Assembly (NCBI RefSeq): GCF_001194135.2
Contig: NC_068982.1
Location: 27,669,085 to 27,733,084, forward strand
Length of the DNA: 64,000 bases
Reading direction: 5' to 3'
Source of the DNA: Octopus bimaculoides
Taxonomy: Eukaryota
In this document: positions 12,549 through 24,732 of the stretch, piece after piece
How positions within the stretch are numbered: position 1 is the first letter of the stretch
How the letters are laid out: every line of letters starts with the position of its first letter
Position numbers and translations under genes: made by a program
Notes under the pieces: model-generated
Databases searched by the model: none
What the model was told of the DNA's origin: nothing
What the model saw: only the letters and a program-made list of their open reading frames with translations

Positions 12549-13562
12549 CTGAAAGATAAAATTAAAAGCACAAATGGGTGTTATATGATAGTCAAAGAGG
12601 TATTGAGTTCAAAGAACTAGCAATGTATTTCTACGTAAAAGTTTGAAGGACAAATAAGTAAATAAATAAAGGATAAAGGAAAAATTATTTAAACAGCTCA
12701 AAATTTGGTAAGACTAATAAATTTTACAGTTACTTTTATTCTCTCATATATATATATATATATATAAGCAGATTCACATTTTTTTAACTTATATCTTGTA
12801 GGGTTTAACTACATTGTTTTTTTTATATCCTTGGCTTAAGTTTGTCTTTCATCTTTCTCCGATAACAGTACTATACTAATGTTGATTCATAACATACAAA
12901 TCCATAGCCTTTTACCAATTTGGAAAATTAATAGATCAAAGATTCTGAAAAATATATTTTCATATATTTCATATACTTTAGAAGTAATAGAAAAGTTAGT
13001 CATGGAAATCCGTTAAAAATATTAAATCAAATTTACTTCAGAAACTAGCTATGACATTTTAGTTTTAAATAAATAACAACATAGAAATGTATCTATATAA
13101 AAGAAAATTATTTTAACATGCAGGGAAGACTATTGTTATGTGTTTATTAATCCCTTCTTACATTAGGAAATGAATTCAAACAGATAAGTTTAGTGCAGTT
13201 AATGTTTAAATTTGAATAGTTACAGGATACAAATTGGCAATTACACAAACACACATACAGAAGTGTCTCAGAGAGATGTAGTGTTCATAGTGTTAGAAAT
13301 TTAGTACATGGTAGTTCAGTAATCATTTTATATCATGCTATTATTAGCATTCTCAGAAGTAAATACTATTTTTCAAAATTTATCACACACACAAAGTTAC
13401 CATATATATTATTCTAACTATAAACCAATATTATGAATAAGTTAAAGTGACATGAAGTGCTGAAATGCAATAAATATTATTTAAAAGTAATTATTTCCTA
13501 AGATATTAATTATTAACTACTGACAGATATAGTGTTGTAAACTAAATGAAAATCATTCTTAC

Positions 13563-13757
13563 AAAGATTTATGTCTGTTGCTGGCACCTCGTCCAACTGC
13601 TGAAGAACGACTATGTGAAGATCTGCTGGAACTTGAGCTAGAGGAACGAGAGGTGCTCACACTGCTGCTACTGCTGCTGCTGCTGCTGCCAGATGAACTC
13701 GATCCACTGGAAGATGATGATGAGCGTGACCTGCTACGAGATGAACTACTACTTCCA
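13563..13757 (-). CDS. RNPS1: RNPS1 coding exon (serine-rich domain)
   Basis: Acceptor gtctttttCAG and donor TT|gtaaga; 195 nt in consistent phase; poly-Ser GSSSSSRSRSRSSSSSSGSSSS...SNRHKS. Confidence 0.93.
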
Positions 13758-13829
13758 CTGAAAAAGACACAAGCAAATGTTGTTATGATTATTATTACTA
13801 TTAAATCATTGTTGTTGTTGTTACTATTA

Positions 13830-14200
13830 TCATTATTAAGTTGGCAAGCTGGCAGAATTGTTAGCACACCAGACAAAATGCTTAGCAGTAGTTTGTCTGT
13901 CTTTATGTTCCGAGTTCAAATGCTACCCGAGTTGACTTGCTTTTCATCCTTTCAGGGTTGATAAAATAATAAATTGAATACTAGAGTTGAAGTAATTGAT
14001 GTGTCCCATCCACCTAAATTGCTGGCCTTGTATCAAAATTTGAAATCACTATTATTTGGTTTCAAATGCAGCCAAGGTCAACTTTGCCTCTCATCATTTC
14101 AGGGTCAATAATGTAAGTACCAGTTGACCACTGGGTCAATATAATTGACTAGCCCCTGCTCTCCCAAAATTTCAGGCCTTGTGCCTATAGTAGAAAGGAT
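13830..14200 (+). mobile_element. Two tandem family-A SINE copies
   Basis: GCAAGCTGGCAGAATTGTTAGC...CTTTTCATCCTTTCAGGGTTGATAAAA...CAAAATTTGAAATC, followed by a second partial copy. Confidence 0.7.
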
Positions 14201-14231
14201 TATTACTATTATTATTACACCCATAGATGCA

Positions 14232-14387
14232 AGGGTGGCTGTGTGGCAAGAAGTTTGCTTCCCAACTACATAGTTCTGGGTTCAGTCCCACTGCATGGCA
14301 CTTGGAGCAAGTGTCTTCTACTATAGCCTAGGGCCAACCAAAGCCTTGTGAGTGGATTTAGTAGATGGAAACTGAGAGAAGCCCATC

Positions 14388-14423
<36 letters not shown>

Positions 14424-14600
14424 CTTTGTGTCTGCTCTCCACCATTGCCCGAGAACTGGCTTGTTTAGGCCCCCAGCAAAAGAGACTGATAGAATAAGTA
14501 TTAAGCTTTAAAAAAAGTATTGGGGTTGATTCATTCAACTAAATTTCAAAGTGGGGTCACAGCATGGCCACAGTCTATTGACTGAAACAAATAAAAGATA
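14232..14600 (+). mobile_element. tRNA-derived SINE, family B (MIR/CORE-like central motif) with internal (TG)n
   Basis: GGGTTCAGTCCCACTGCATGGCACTTGGAGCAAGTGTCTTCTACTATAGCC...GGAAACTGAGAGAAGCCC; other copies near 3410, 28680 and 57615. Confidence 0.75.
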
Positions 14601-14889
14601 CTCTCACTCTGTCTCTTGCATCTGAGAAGCTCAGCAAAAAAGGCTCAATACGTTTTAAACCACTTAAAATGATTATGCCAAATAAAAGTTTCAAAACTTT
14701 TGTCAGATATTGTCTACGGCATTCTACCCCCCACCCCCACCCCAAAAAAAAAAGAGTATTGAAAAGCTATCAGTGTCTCCTCTAATTAGGGGAAAAAAAT
14801 CAACTGCCCATTTTTCTGTAGTCTGCATCATTTTTACTGTAAATGCCACCTCATGTAAAAGCATATTTTATAAATATCAACACAGGTAA

Positions 14890-16718
14890 AACTCATGCTG
14901 AAGGAGGCAGGAGTGGTAGGAAACAGTCAAAACAGCCATAAAGGCACAAGGGTTATTATGCATGTCATCTGCTTAGAGAATGACAGTTTCAAAAGTGAAA
15001 ACAATGCAGGTACTTTCAGTAAGATTTCCTACCAGTGCAACCAACAATTCCTTCACTGGCATGATCTAGAAATAAAGGTGCTTTTGTAGCAATAAAGACA
15101 ATACCAAAAGCAGTAACAATGGGGGAAGGACTCAAACCAGCATTACCAACATGTCTAGCAAGTGATAATAGTAACAACATTATGACAAGATCTACAAGCA
15201 GAAACAACATTGCCATTAGCACCACAGCCAGCGACTATTCCAATGTGGCTATAGGACAGCTTTTTTTGCAGTTGCACCACGGCCAATAGAATATTCAAGA
15301 GTTATTAAGTGAAGCCAAGAAGCTGGAGATAATGAAGAATACTGTCTATGTCCTGATCAAAGAAGGATAAATGAATTTCCTCTGATGTCTATAAGCTTTC
15401 TTTAGAGCCAGTTAGTGACTAGAATATCTTAAATGCACACTGGGATTGTGTGGGGTTAGCTAATAGGAGACAGCAAAATAAATCTCAGGAAACCTACTCA
15501 GACAGTTCCAACTAACAAGCACCAACAGAATTTCTCAAATTAACCAGTGTAGACAAGGAGTATCTGCACCAAGTCATTTAGGTTAGCAGATAGAAATATG
15601 AAGGGTGTCCACAATTTCAAACAATCTGTTATATTCACCACAGTTAATGGAAGCTGTGTCGTTCACAGAGAATAACCTCTTCAGTGGTCAGATTAGTTAA
15701 GTGGAATTTGACAGGGGTGATCGTCAACAACATGTGGTGGGGTACTCTCAAGAGGATTAAAGTAGAATATATAACATTCAATAATGAACTAATTAATAGA
15801 GAGCAAGTGAGCAAATTAGAAAAGGGATTGTGACCAATGTGCTACCTACAAAAATGATTTCCAGTGTTAAACACAATTGTATGACTAGGGCAAAGCATGC
15901 ACACTAAAGAAACAAAAGCCTTTTGATGGGCCTGCAATGCAGCAACTAAACCACAATTTGGTCTTTGACAGAGCAGAATGGGTGTGTACTGCTTGATTCT
16001 AAAAATATGTGCAGCTTTTCAATGGCTGTTCAAAAGCTTTTCAAAGGCTGTTCAAGACAAATAGTAGATGTAAGATATTGCAAAAAGCTGATAAGAGCAG
16101 TTGAGGCTTGAATGGTGCAGACAGTTGAGCAAGAACTGGTTTGGATGACCTGCTCTACAAGTAACATCAAGGTAGAAGTCTATCTCATCTGGCAGTAGAA
16201 TGGGAGCATTCATTTTAGACACAGTGGGTGGTAGTGCTGCTCAAGAAGGAAATGAATAAGGGGATGTTCTAGTTCATAACTCTACTGAATCCAGGTTTTT
16301 AATATTTAGGCCACTGGTTAGTAGGTATAGATACTCTTTCTCAAGCAGCTAGTTTGGGCACTTGTCAATTGGAAATATTATCAGGAGCTCACGGCCCTCT
16401 ATATCAGCAATCTATAAAGAGAACTAGTGATGGCATTCTCAATTTAACTCTGGATATCAACAAAAATGAACTTGCTGATATCTTCAGAAATCCTTGACCT
16501 GGCAATAATACAATGGAATATTACCTGTTTGAGACAAAATCTAAATGCAAAATGACAAAACCACACTTCAGTGTCAAAGTATTACTAATTCATGGAGTTT
16601 TCTTTAACAGCTGCCATTGCAAGTACGATAGATCCAAGTATCAGCTAAGCATTCAAGAAGATTGCCACACTATCACTTTTTGGTTGGGAAGGGCAAGCAG
16701 TGTCCTTCTATCTGGTGG
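14890..16718 (-). mobile_element. Highly decayed LINE-like fragment
   Basis: Less AT-rich, coding-like composition with no open frame; clade not determinable by eye. Confidence 0.3.
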
Positions 16719-16726
16719 CTATAGAG

Positions 16727-17256
16727 CAGGGGTGGGGAAACCCCCGCCTGTGGGTGCAATTGCACCCACAAACCCATTTTATTATGCCCACAGGCTGATA
16801 TAGCCATATGTACAAAATATAGTAAACTTTTCAATCATAAAATTTATACAATATTCGTATGGCTATTTGTGACAGAGGTCGCATTTCCATTATGACTCAA
16901 AATGGTCAGACTCAAACAGAAATCATCCGATAATTGCCATTTGAATGGAAATTTTGTTTTCACTATGTAACACGTATTGCTAGGTTTGCACCACCTTCTT
17001 GAGACCCAACTACACTCTAGCTGAAAAATATAGAATACCTCATAGGTAACATAAACCTCCTAAATTCAGTAGTAGTGTTAATGAAGATGTTACGCATTAA
17101 TTTAATGTGTTAAACTTATCTACATTAATGTGTATCGAATTATATATAGATGTATACAAGAGTTACACAGATATAAGACTTAGAACTTGTGATCCACCCA
17201 CGGACCTTTTTCTTAGGAAATTTATGCCCATTGCACTAAAAAGTTTCCCCCACCTA
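16727..17256. mobile_element. Non-autonomous hAT (Charlie-like) element, 530 bp
   Basis: Identical 8-bp TSD CTATAGAG at 16719-16726 and 17257-17264; termini CAGGGGTGGGGAAAC ... GTTTCCCCCACCTA (right end decayed). Confidence 0.85.
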
Positions 17257-18090
17257 CTATAGAGTAATAAAACGTGGTGCCTCATCAACTTTTTTTGAGT
17301 TCCACAAATAGTTTTATATATTTTCAAAAAAATGTTATCAAAAGGAGAGAATATCGAGTATATATATATATAAATATACCTCATTCATTGAGATAAATAT
17401 ATACAGAATTGAGGATGGCTTGGTGTTATGTACCCTGCTTTTTTGCCAGCTGGTTTATATCTTAATGTCGTCACAAGCAGATATAGAAATCCTCTCAACC
17501 CTCCCATCTTTGATATGACAGCTGAAAGGAGAGTGAGTTACAACGGAACTCATTCAGTACTTGTTTTATCTAAGCAAACAAGAGCAATGTCAAATGAAGT
17601 ACTCACTAAAGGACACATGCTGCTCAATCCAGGAATCAAACATAAGACCTAATGATCAGGTGTTCAAATAATAATATATTCATAAGCTAAAAGGACTTTT
17701 GAATTACATACATATTTTAAAAGACACAACAAGTGAATTGAAGAATGATAAGTATCAAGTGATCTAATAAATATTATCTGGAAAAATAAATACCTGTAAA
17801 TTTAAATTACATAGAAGATCAGCAAACAGACAACCCTGAAGTTAGGATAATGACTAAAAAAGGATTAAATTTTAAACTAAAAATCCAACCCAGATTCTGA
17901 ACAGAACAACCACAAAGAAAATATATCTGAAATGATTGGAATTTTTAAAAAATATATAAAACCTATACATGAAACAGTTATTGAAAAAAACCTCCTGGGC
18001 CAAAAGAGGTGAATGTCTATAATTTGGCAAAATGTTTAGTGGAATAATTTCACAAAAAAAGGAAAAAAAAAAAAATTCAAGCTAACTCAC

Positions 18091-18306
18091 CTTGAACTTC
18101 CTGAGCTGCCACTACTACTCGTACTACTGGAAGAAACACTGCGTCTTTTTTTGTCACGACCCCGCTCAGTCGTTGCAGCTGCCGTAGTACTCCCAGACCC
18201 ACCACCACCTCCACCACCGCTGCCGCCACCACCACCTCCTCCTCCTCCTCCACTAGCATTACCACTGCTTGTCTTTTTCTTTTCTCTAGTTAATGTACTT
18301 CTTGTC
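18091..18306 (-). CDS. RNPS1: RNPS1 N-terminal coding exon with poly-Gly tract
   Basis: Acceptor tttgatacttgCAG and donor AG|gtgagt. Translates TRSTLTREKKKTSSGNASGGGGGGGGGGSGGGGGGGSGSTTAAATTERGRDKKRRSVSSSSTSSSGSSGSS; RGRDK..RRS.SS matches RNPS1; in phase with the next exon. Confidence 0.9.
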
Positions 18307-18569
18307 CTGCAAGTATCAAAGAAGTAATTTAGATGACTAAACAAATTAAGGCTGTAAAACATTCTCCAACCATAGCCAAAAATTTTAATATCAATATGTA
18401 AACTTACCAATAAGTAATTAACCTATCTAATAAGAAAAACAATTTCTATCCTCTAAGTTTGAAGAGCTTTTTTATCAGAGTGGCATGCATTTAAAACTAA
18501 ACCAATATAGAGTTAGTACTTATTTTAATTACTTCAGGCAAAACCAATTCTATTTATTATAGTTTTGTG

Positions 18570-18828
18570 CGGGTGGCACATAAAATACACCATTTTGAGC
18601 GTGGCCGTTGCCAGTACCGCCTGACTGGCCTTCGTGTGGGTGACACGTAAAAGCACCCACTACACTCTCTGAGTGGTTGGCGTTAGGAAGGGCATCCAGC
18701 TGTAGAAACTCTGCCAAATCAGATTGGAGCCTGGTGTTGCCATCCAGTTTCACCAGTCCTCAGTCAAATCGTCCAACCCATGATAGCATGGAAAGCGGAC
18801 GTTAAACGATGATGATGATAATGATGAT
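18570..18828 (+). mobile_element. RTE-tailed SINE / RTE 3' end, family C
   Basis: GAGTGGTTGGCGTTAGGAAGGGCATCCAGCTGTAGAAAC...GCATGGAAAGCGGACGTTAAAC followed by (GAT)n. Confidence 0.85.
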
Positions 18829-19655
18829 AGTTATGAGGTTAAGATGTTTGCTTTGCAGCTACAAGGTTCTGGGTTCAAAACCCATTAAGTGGCGCACCAA
18901 AGCTTTAGGTTGACTAAATGTCATGTAAATAAAATTTAGTTGGCTGAATGTGCAATTGTGTATCAGATGACAAAGAACAATGACAAGTGGCAAAAATTTA
19001 AAAAAGGCAGAGTTAGAACAGACTTGTCCAACCAATACCAGCTTAGAAATTGTTGAAAATCCTTTTGATTTAAAGAAGCAAATGCATATAGTTTTTACAT
19101 TGTGTGTATGTGTATGCCTGTGTTTGTATACATTGATGTGGTATTTGTGTATACCTTGTGGTTTTTATTTAAAGGGATACAAACTCAATACAGTGAATCT
19201 AGCTATTCATTAAATATAAGTTGATAAAATAAGTACTAGACTAAAATCACCCAAAAAAGTACCCCATTTTGCAGCAGTCCAATTAGTTAAACCAGTAAAA
19301 GTATTAAAAACCAAAAGTTTGAAAATATATGTAATTCCTGGCCCTATCAAATTTAATCAACCCAAATGTAGATCTGATCACAAGATGTCTCAAAATAAGT
19401 TATTGATCTTAAATAGTTGAAGACTCTTTTCTAAATCTCTTTGGGTTTCTCTCTCTTTTTCTTTACCATAATACTATCAATTTATAATAGTCAAACATGA
19501 TAACTAATTCATTCTGCTGGTGGTAACATTAACCTTTTTGATACCAAACAACTTGAGACTGACTCTGATTCCATGATAAAAGTCATCTAAATTAAAATCT
19601 CACATCAAAATTTCAAGTTAATTTATGTTCCAATCTTCAACTTAATAATAAAGTT

Positions 19656-20080
19656 CATCATCATTGTTTAACGTCTGCTTTCCATGCTAGCATGTGTTGG
19701 ACGATTTCACCGAGGACTGGCAAACCAGATGGCTGCACCAGGCTCCAATCTGATCTGGCAGAGTTTCTACAGCTGGATGCCCTTCCTAACGCCAACCACT
19801 CCAAGAGTGTAGTGGGTGCTTTTACGTGCCACCAGCATGAGCGCCAGTCAGGCAGTACTGGCAATGGCCACACTCAAAATGGTGTATTTTACGAGCCACC
19901 CGCACAGGAGCCACTCCAGCGGCACTGGCAACGACCTCACTCGAATGATTTTTCACGTGCCAGTAAGGTGACGCTGGTAATGATCACACTCAAATGGTGC
20001 TATTTACGTGCCACCAGCACGGAAGCCAGACAGCTGTTCTGGCAATGATCACGCTCGGACAGTACTGTTAGCGCCCCACT
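19656..20080 (-). mobile_element. RTE-tailed SINE / RTE 3' end, family C (inverted relative to 18570-18828)
   Basis: (CAT)n CGTTTAACGTC.GCTTTCCATGCTAGC...CAGCTGGATGCCCTTCCTAACGCCAACCACTC. Confidence 0.85.
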
Positions 20081-20189
20081 TATGTCACAAAATTCTGCAA
20101 TAATGTCAAAATTAATTGAAACAAAAGCAGTGTATTTTAATGAAAATAGGGTAAGAAAAGGGTTCTTCAACTTCATAAAATTTTGAAAC

Positions 20190-21170
20190 ATGTTAGAACA
20201 CTGCCAACTAAGATAACACTCTTCGTAACAATTGCCCTGAAAAAACGTTTTGGTACTTCTATGTAACTGGTTGGTACTCTACCAATTCTTCACTGACTAC
20301 TTTTGACAGTAAATGTGTTTCACCTCTGACGCATCAGAGATAGCTAAGTGGGTGACCAATACCATTCCTGTAGGGTATGTTCCTCCTCATCCTTCATAAT
20401 ACCCAGATGTACAAATACTATCCATGACACCTCCCATAACACACAAGATATTATGACCCCTTGTCAAAAGCACTATCAATTTTCCATTTTTTGTACTTGC
20501 CACACCTCAACTTAGATTAGTCTGTAATGAGAGCACTTAACAAACCCAATGAATTTGCAACTCACTCATACACAACAAAGCCTCTCAAATACTCTCTCTG
20601 CCTTACCAATTTCATCCCCTCATACGAATAGTTGCATAACATGAAAACTTTTCTGATCACTCCACCCTAACAAAGTGAGTGATCTAAGTATCTAGTCCAT
20701 TAAACTCAAACTGTATGCTGCAGTGCTAGTTCCTATCCTCACTAAACTCTTCTGTGACCGTTCCTCAAAAGAGTACCCAACGTTTCAAAGGTGAAAGAAA
20801 CAACAATAAACAAGGATCTTTAACTCTTTGAGGTTCTCTTCCATTTTTAGTGACTATCAACAATATCTTATAGAACTAGATTTAATAAGACTTACTCTTT
20901 TTACACAAGGAAATAATCATGCAATATAACTTTACTACACATGATCAACTCACAGCTATAGCTCTCAAAGTTGCTCTAAATACTATAGTTCTTGTTAAAC
21001 AATTTCTAATGACCTCTCATGGTGACCTCACAATATAACTGTTAAATCTTCGTTTCAAACACTAGCCATCTTCTTCAAAGTCATATATATAAGGCTACAC
21101 CATTGGTTCACAGACATTGTTTCTTCTCTACTATTTAAATCAGTGCTATAATGCCATCTGCTCCTTTGAA
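20190..21170 (-). mobile_element. CR1-type LINE RT/3' remnant
   Basis: Minus strand shows decayed similarity to the CR1 RT region; no open frame. Confidence 0.45.
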
Positions 21171-21178
21171 TAAGTTAC

Positions 21179-21466
21179 CTGCAAACCGCTTCCGCTACGG
21201 TTCACTCGATACACTTCCTTTTTCTACCTTGGAGCTGCAACGCTCAAGAATTTTCTCTCTCTCTCTCTCACGTTTTCCCTGAAGAATTTCTAGTTAAGCA
21301 TTAATTTCATCGCTCTCTCACGTCTAGGAGGCCTAGAAAAGATCAAAGGCGCTGCTCGACCTCTTCTAACTAATAAAACAAAAACATTTGTTGTAAATAG
21401 TCGCTTTACATTTGACCTGTGTAATACAACAGTATTATTCCACGAAATAGTTTAATATTCATTTCA
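21179..21466 (-). other. RNPS1: Candidate RNPS1 5' alternative/UTR exon region
   Basis: CpG-rich block with a strong acceptor (ttttcaccctttgatatttcatatttCAG, exon start 21466), further acceptors (exon starts 21332, 21278) and donors AT|gtaaag (21410) and CAG|gtaact (21179). Usage unverified. Confidence 0.4.
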
Positions 21467-22878
21467 CTGAAATATGAAATATCAAAGGGTGAAAAACACA
21501 AGGTATTACATCCCTTTGTATGTGCCCCCTTTCTCTGAATGTTTTTGTTTAGTCCCAGATCAGACATTGCATCGATCTCGGTCTCAGTCTTTATGGCTAA
21601 AATTTGGCTGCTACTTCGTGCAGGTCGAGAGACCACTACTCTATGTCAGTTAATATCAAGTGTAAGAATATTTGAACCGACGAAGGAAACTTCTACGCAG
21701 TTGTACAGCTTGCTAGAAATATCAAGCAAAATCTTCAAATTAAAAACCGCCGTTTAAGAATAGGAACACACTGGATAAATGTAGTTGGACAGACTGAAAA
21801 AAGTCGTGGCTGGTATAGATCTTTACGATAAGGGTTGACCAGGGGCTCAGTTACAATAATACACTGATTAAGTATAATTATAAAAGGTAAAAATCAGGAT
21901 ATATTTTGAAATTTGGCAGAATTCACTGATTGTGGGCCATAAAAAATACTGAGAACACAACGTAGTGTAATACAAGAGAAACACAGACATTAAAAAACCA
22001 CTCATACTTTAATCTTTATACTTAATAGAATAATAAATACTAACAACCAAACGCTAAGAGCAGTACATATCCATGGAACCAAACTGATTAAATTTCGTAT
22101 ACGCAACTATAGCAACCGCTGACCCACAGATTTCGACATAAGAACATGAATAGTGAAAAAGGAAGCAAATAAAAGGTCAATGGAGTTTTAAAAGAAGTAA
22201 GAGAAGTTGTAGGAAGTTTCCTGAGATGGATTGGCGTCTTCTCCAGGAGAGGGTTTATCTACCGTCTGCATAACGCTGGGAAAACCAAGACTGGACCTAC
22301 GAATTCTCGTGATTCGTGAAAGAGTTAAATAATATTAAGGTTTATAACATTTCCACATCAGTTCATCTGAATAAAGGGAAAAACTGACTGCATAGTTGGC
22401 GGTTGATAGGTAACAAAAATAAAATAAAAGCCGAGTAATTTCTAGATAGACAACGATGCAAATAGCAATAAAAAAAAAAAAGAAACATGAAATGTTTTGA
22501 CTTGATGGCCATTGTTATTACCGCTTTCTTTTTATTTTTTCAACTTGTCTAACTCCCTGGTCAAATAGCTACACGTACACAACGTCCATTGTTCGTTAAT
22601 TAAACATGACTTGTACATGCCTGTTTTAGTATTGGAATGTTAAAACGGTAAGCGACAATAAACAACATTTAGGACGAATTATGGCTAAAAAATAATGAAT
22701 ATTAGGAAGAAAAGATACAATTCAAAATCAAAAATGTGTTTACGAAGATGTACTAAGAATAGAAAGAAATAGAAACTAATGAAATTTATTAAATCAATGA
22801 GTGTTTCTCTCCTTTTTCTTTTCAGTTTCTTTATTCAAAAATGGCAAATAAAAGGAGATTTTGTGGCTAAAGCTTTAC

Positions 22879-22900
22879 CGGTTTCACGTGTTGTATCCAT
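22879..22900 (-). other. RNPS1: Candidate RNPS1 first exon 3' end (short ORF MDTTRET)
   Basis: ACAAGATGGATACAACACGTGAAACCG|gtaaag on the minus strand near the shared promoter; out of frame if spliced directly to 18306. Confidence 0.35.
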
Positions 22901-23260
22901 CTTGTCGGGACTATTAACAGCAAGTAGAAAAGATCACAGAAACAAAGTCAATAGATTTACAAAATTACACATTAAAGGACACATGCATACAACGAAATAA
23001 AATACTCGACTATGGAATGTTTTTAAAAGGTTTTGATTTTACGGTAAATAATGGAATTATTGAAAAAAAAGTCCCCAAAAAACTTACATTGTAACAAAAA
23101 TATTATAAATCCAACGCTTGTTTAATGGTCGTCGTAGAAGTGAGGGGGGGTATTAAAAAGTCAACTTTTGTATGGAGGATTCTGATTGGTGGAAATGCAA
23201 CGAGGTAACTAAACGAACTAATCAAATTGAATGAAGCATTTATCAAGATAAAGATGGCGG
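22900..23260. promoter_or_regulatory. Bidirectional promoter region RNPS1/EEF2KMT
   Basis: Divergent gene pair; reverse CCAAT (GATTGG 23184-23189); YY1-consensus AAGATGGCGGC overlapping the EEF2KMT ATG; locally raised CpG content. Confidence 0.6.
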
Positions 23261-23355
23261 CGTGTGTGAGTGGCAGTTCCTTGGAAGATAAACTTCTTTG
23301 GGAAACTGTAACTCAGTTCTTCGAAATGGTGCCTATAAGAAAAATGAAATGGGGT
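23254..23355 (+). CDS. EEF2KMT: Protein-lysine N-methyltransferase EEF2KMT (FAM86A), exon 1
   Basis: aagATGGCGGCG start; MAACVSGSSLEDKLLWETVTQFFEMVPIRKMKWG|gtaagt; F..M.P.R...W resembles the FAM86 N-terminal domain. Confidence 0.85.
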
Positions 23356-23911
23356 GTAAGTTACTCTTAGATGCAATGCCATCTGTTATTCTACTTCTTT
23401 CGCTGTTCATACTTAATAACTGTTCTTTTGTTTCTTCAGAATACATTTATCCTCTTCTTTGGGATATTAAATTATTTTATTGTTTTCTTTCTTCAAGCAG
23501 AATCTGTTTACTTAAAAACCATCTCTGCTGACATAATTTAATGTTTTGTTTTGTTGTATTTCATACGTAATTACTAAACAAAACAACGATATATAATTAC
23601 TTTCATCTCTATAGATGTTTTTGTTTTTAATTTATATTTCACACTTGCAATGAAAAGCTACATAATTATTGCAGTTTGATGTTTTTAAAAAGTGCTTCAT
23701 TAAAAAAAATAAAAATTATCAATTCGTTGATGCTTCATCTCAATGTTTAATTCTTTTTTTCTTCATTACCTTTCAAATAAATATAACCATTTTCATGTGT
23801 ACCGAAATTCATTACGATCAAATTATGTAAAAATTTGATTACAAAAATTATCTTTAAAACAAAAATAAATATGACGCCTCATTTCAAATTTATTTGTTAG
23901 CGGTCCATCTT

Positions 23912-23913
<2 letters not shown>

Positions 23914-23980
<67 letters not shown>
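23914..23980. repeat. (TA)n microsatellite
   Basis: Pure TA dinucleotide run. Confidence 0.95.
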
Positions 23981-23983
<3 letters not shown>

Positions 23984-24591
23984 TACACTAATACGGTGAC
24001 CTTTTTGAGAAACCGTGATGAAGTGAAATAATAATTACCAAGTGCTAATTAGACGATTCTTTGAATAAAAGAAGATTTATGAATTTGTTGTTGAATTATG
24101 ATTATTCCATGTATCTATCACAATCTTTAACAAAAATGCTGCATTTCACACTTTATCCATTCAATCTGAAATCGATTCTGTCTATACGGAAATTAACATT
24201 GAATGAGAAGAAAAAATGTTTTCGCGATTATAAATTTTACAGCTAGTATATAAAGCAAGTGCCGCTAATGTAAGACTTAGGCCGTTGACGATTATATTTA
24301 TCTGTTATCTAAAAAATTTGTATTTGGTATCTAAGAAATACATACCAGTAATGTATTGTGTGGTCAAACAATCTACTGCATCCTTTTAAAATCGGTTTTG
24401 TGTTTTAAGACGTTACTAAACTGACAAGATTAGTTTAGAAAAAAAAACCCAAAACTGTTTTACTGTATCTTGTATGTTCATTGAATGCTTGTGATCATTT
24501 TAAATATATTATGTGAGCTTATTTTATGAAACCAATTATTCCAAGTCAATTTCGCAAAACCCTACAAAAAAGTTTATTTTTTCTTTTTCAG

Positions 24592-24732
24592 AATTATACT
24601 TTTGAAGGATCAGAACTGGGACCAGAAACTCAAAAGAAGGTTTTAAGTGCCACTGTAACCAGTCCTCTTTGTGAAAAATATCCACCCTCTCTTACTTACC
24701 AACGTAATTTTGTGAAACATTTCCTTCATAAA
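24592..24732 (+). CDS. EEF2KMT: EEF2KMT exon 2
   Basis: Acceptor ttctttttCAG and donor AAA|gtaagt. Translates NYTFEGSELGPETQKKVLSATVTSPLCEKYPPSLTYQRNFVKHFLHK (FAM86 TV..P.C.K.PPS..Y..F motif). Confidence 0.92.

Noticed and set aside
13578-13961. 127-aa Leu/Glu-rich plus-strand ORF
   Set aside because: Antisense shadow of the RNPS1 serine-rich exon plus SINE and microsatellite sequence.
19692-20048. 118-aa ORF with paralogous ORFs at 18550-18753 and 25493-25708
   Set aside because: Chance frames within copies of the RTE-tailed SINE family, not a gene family.
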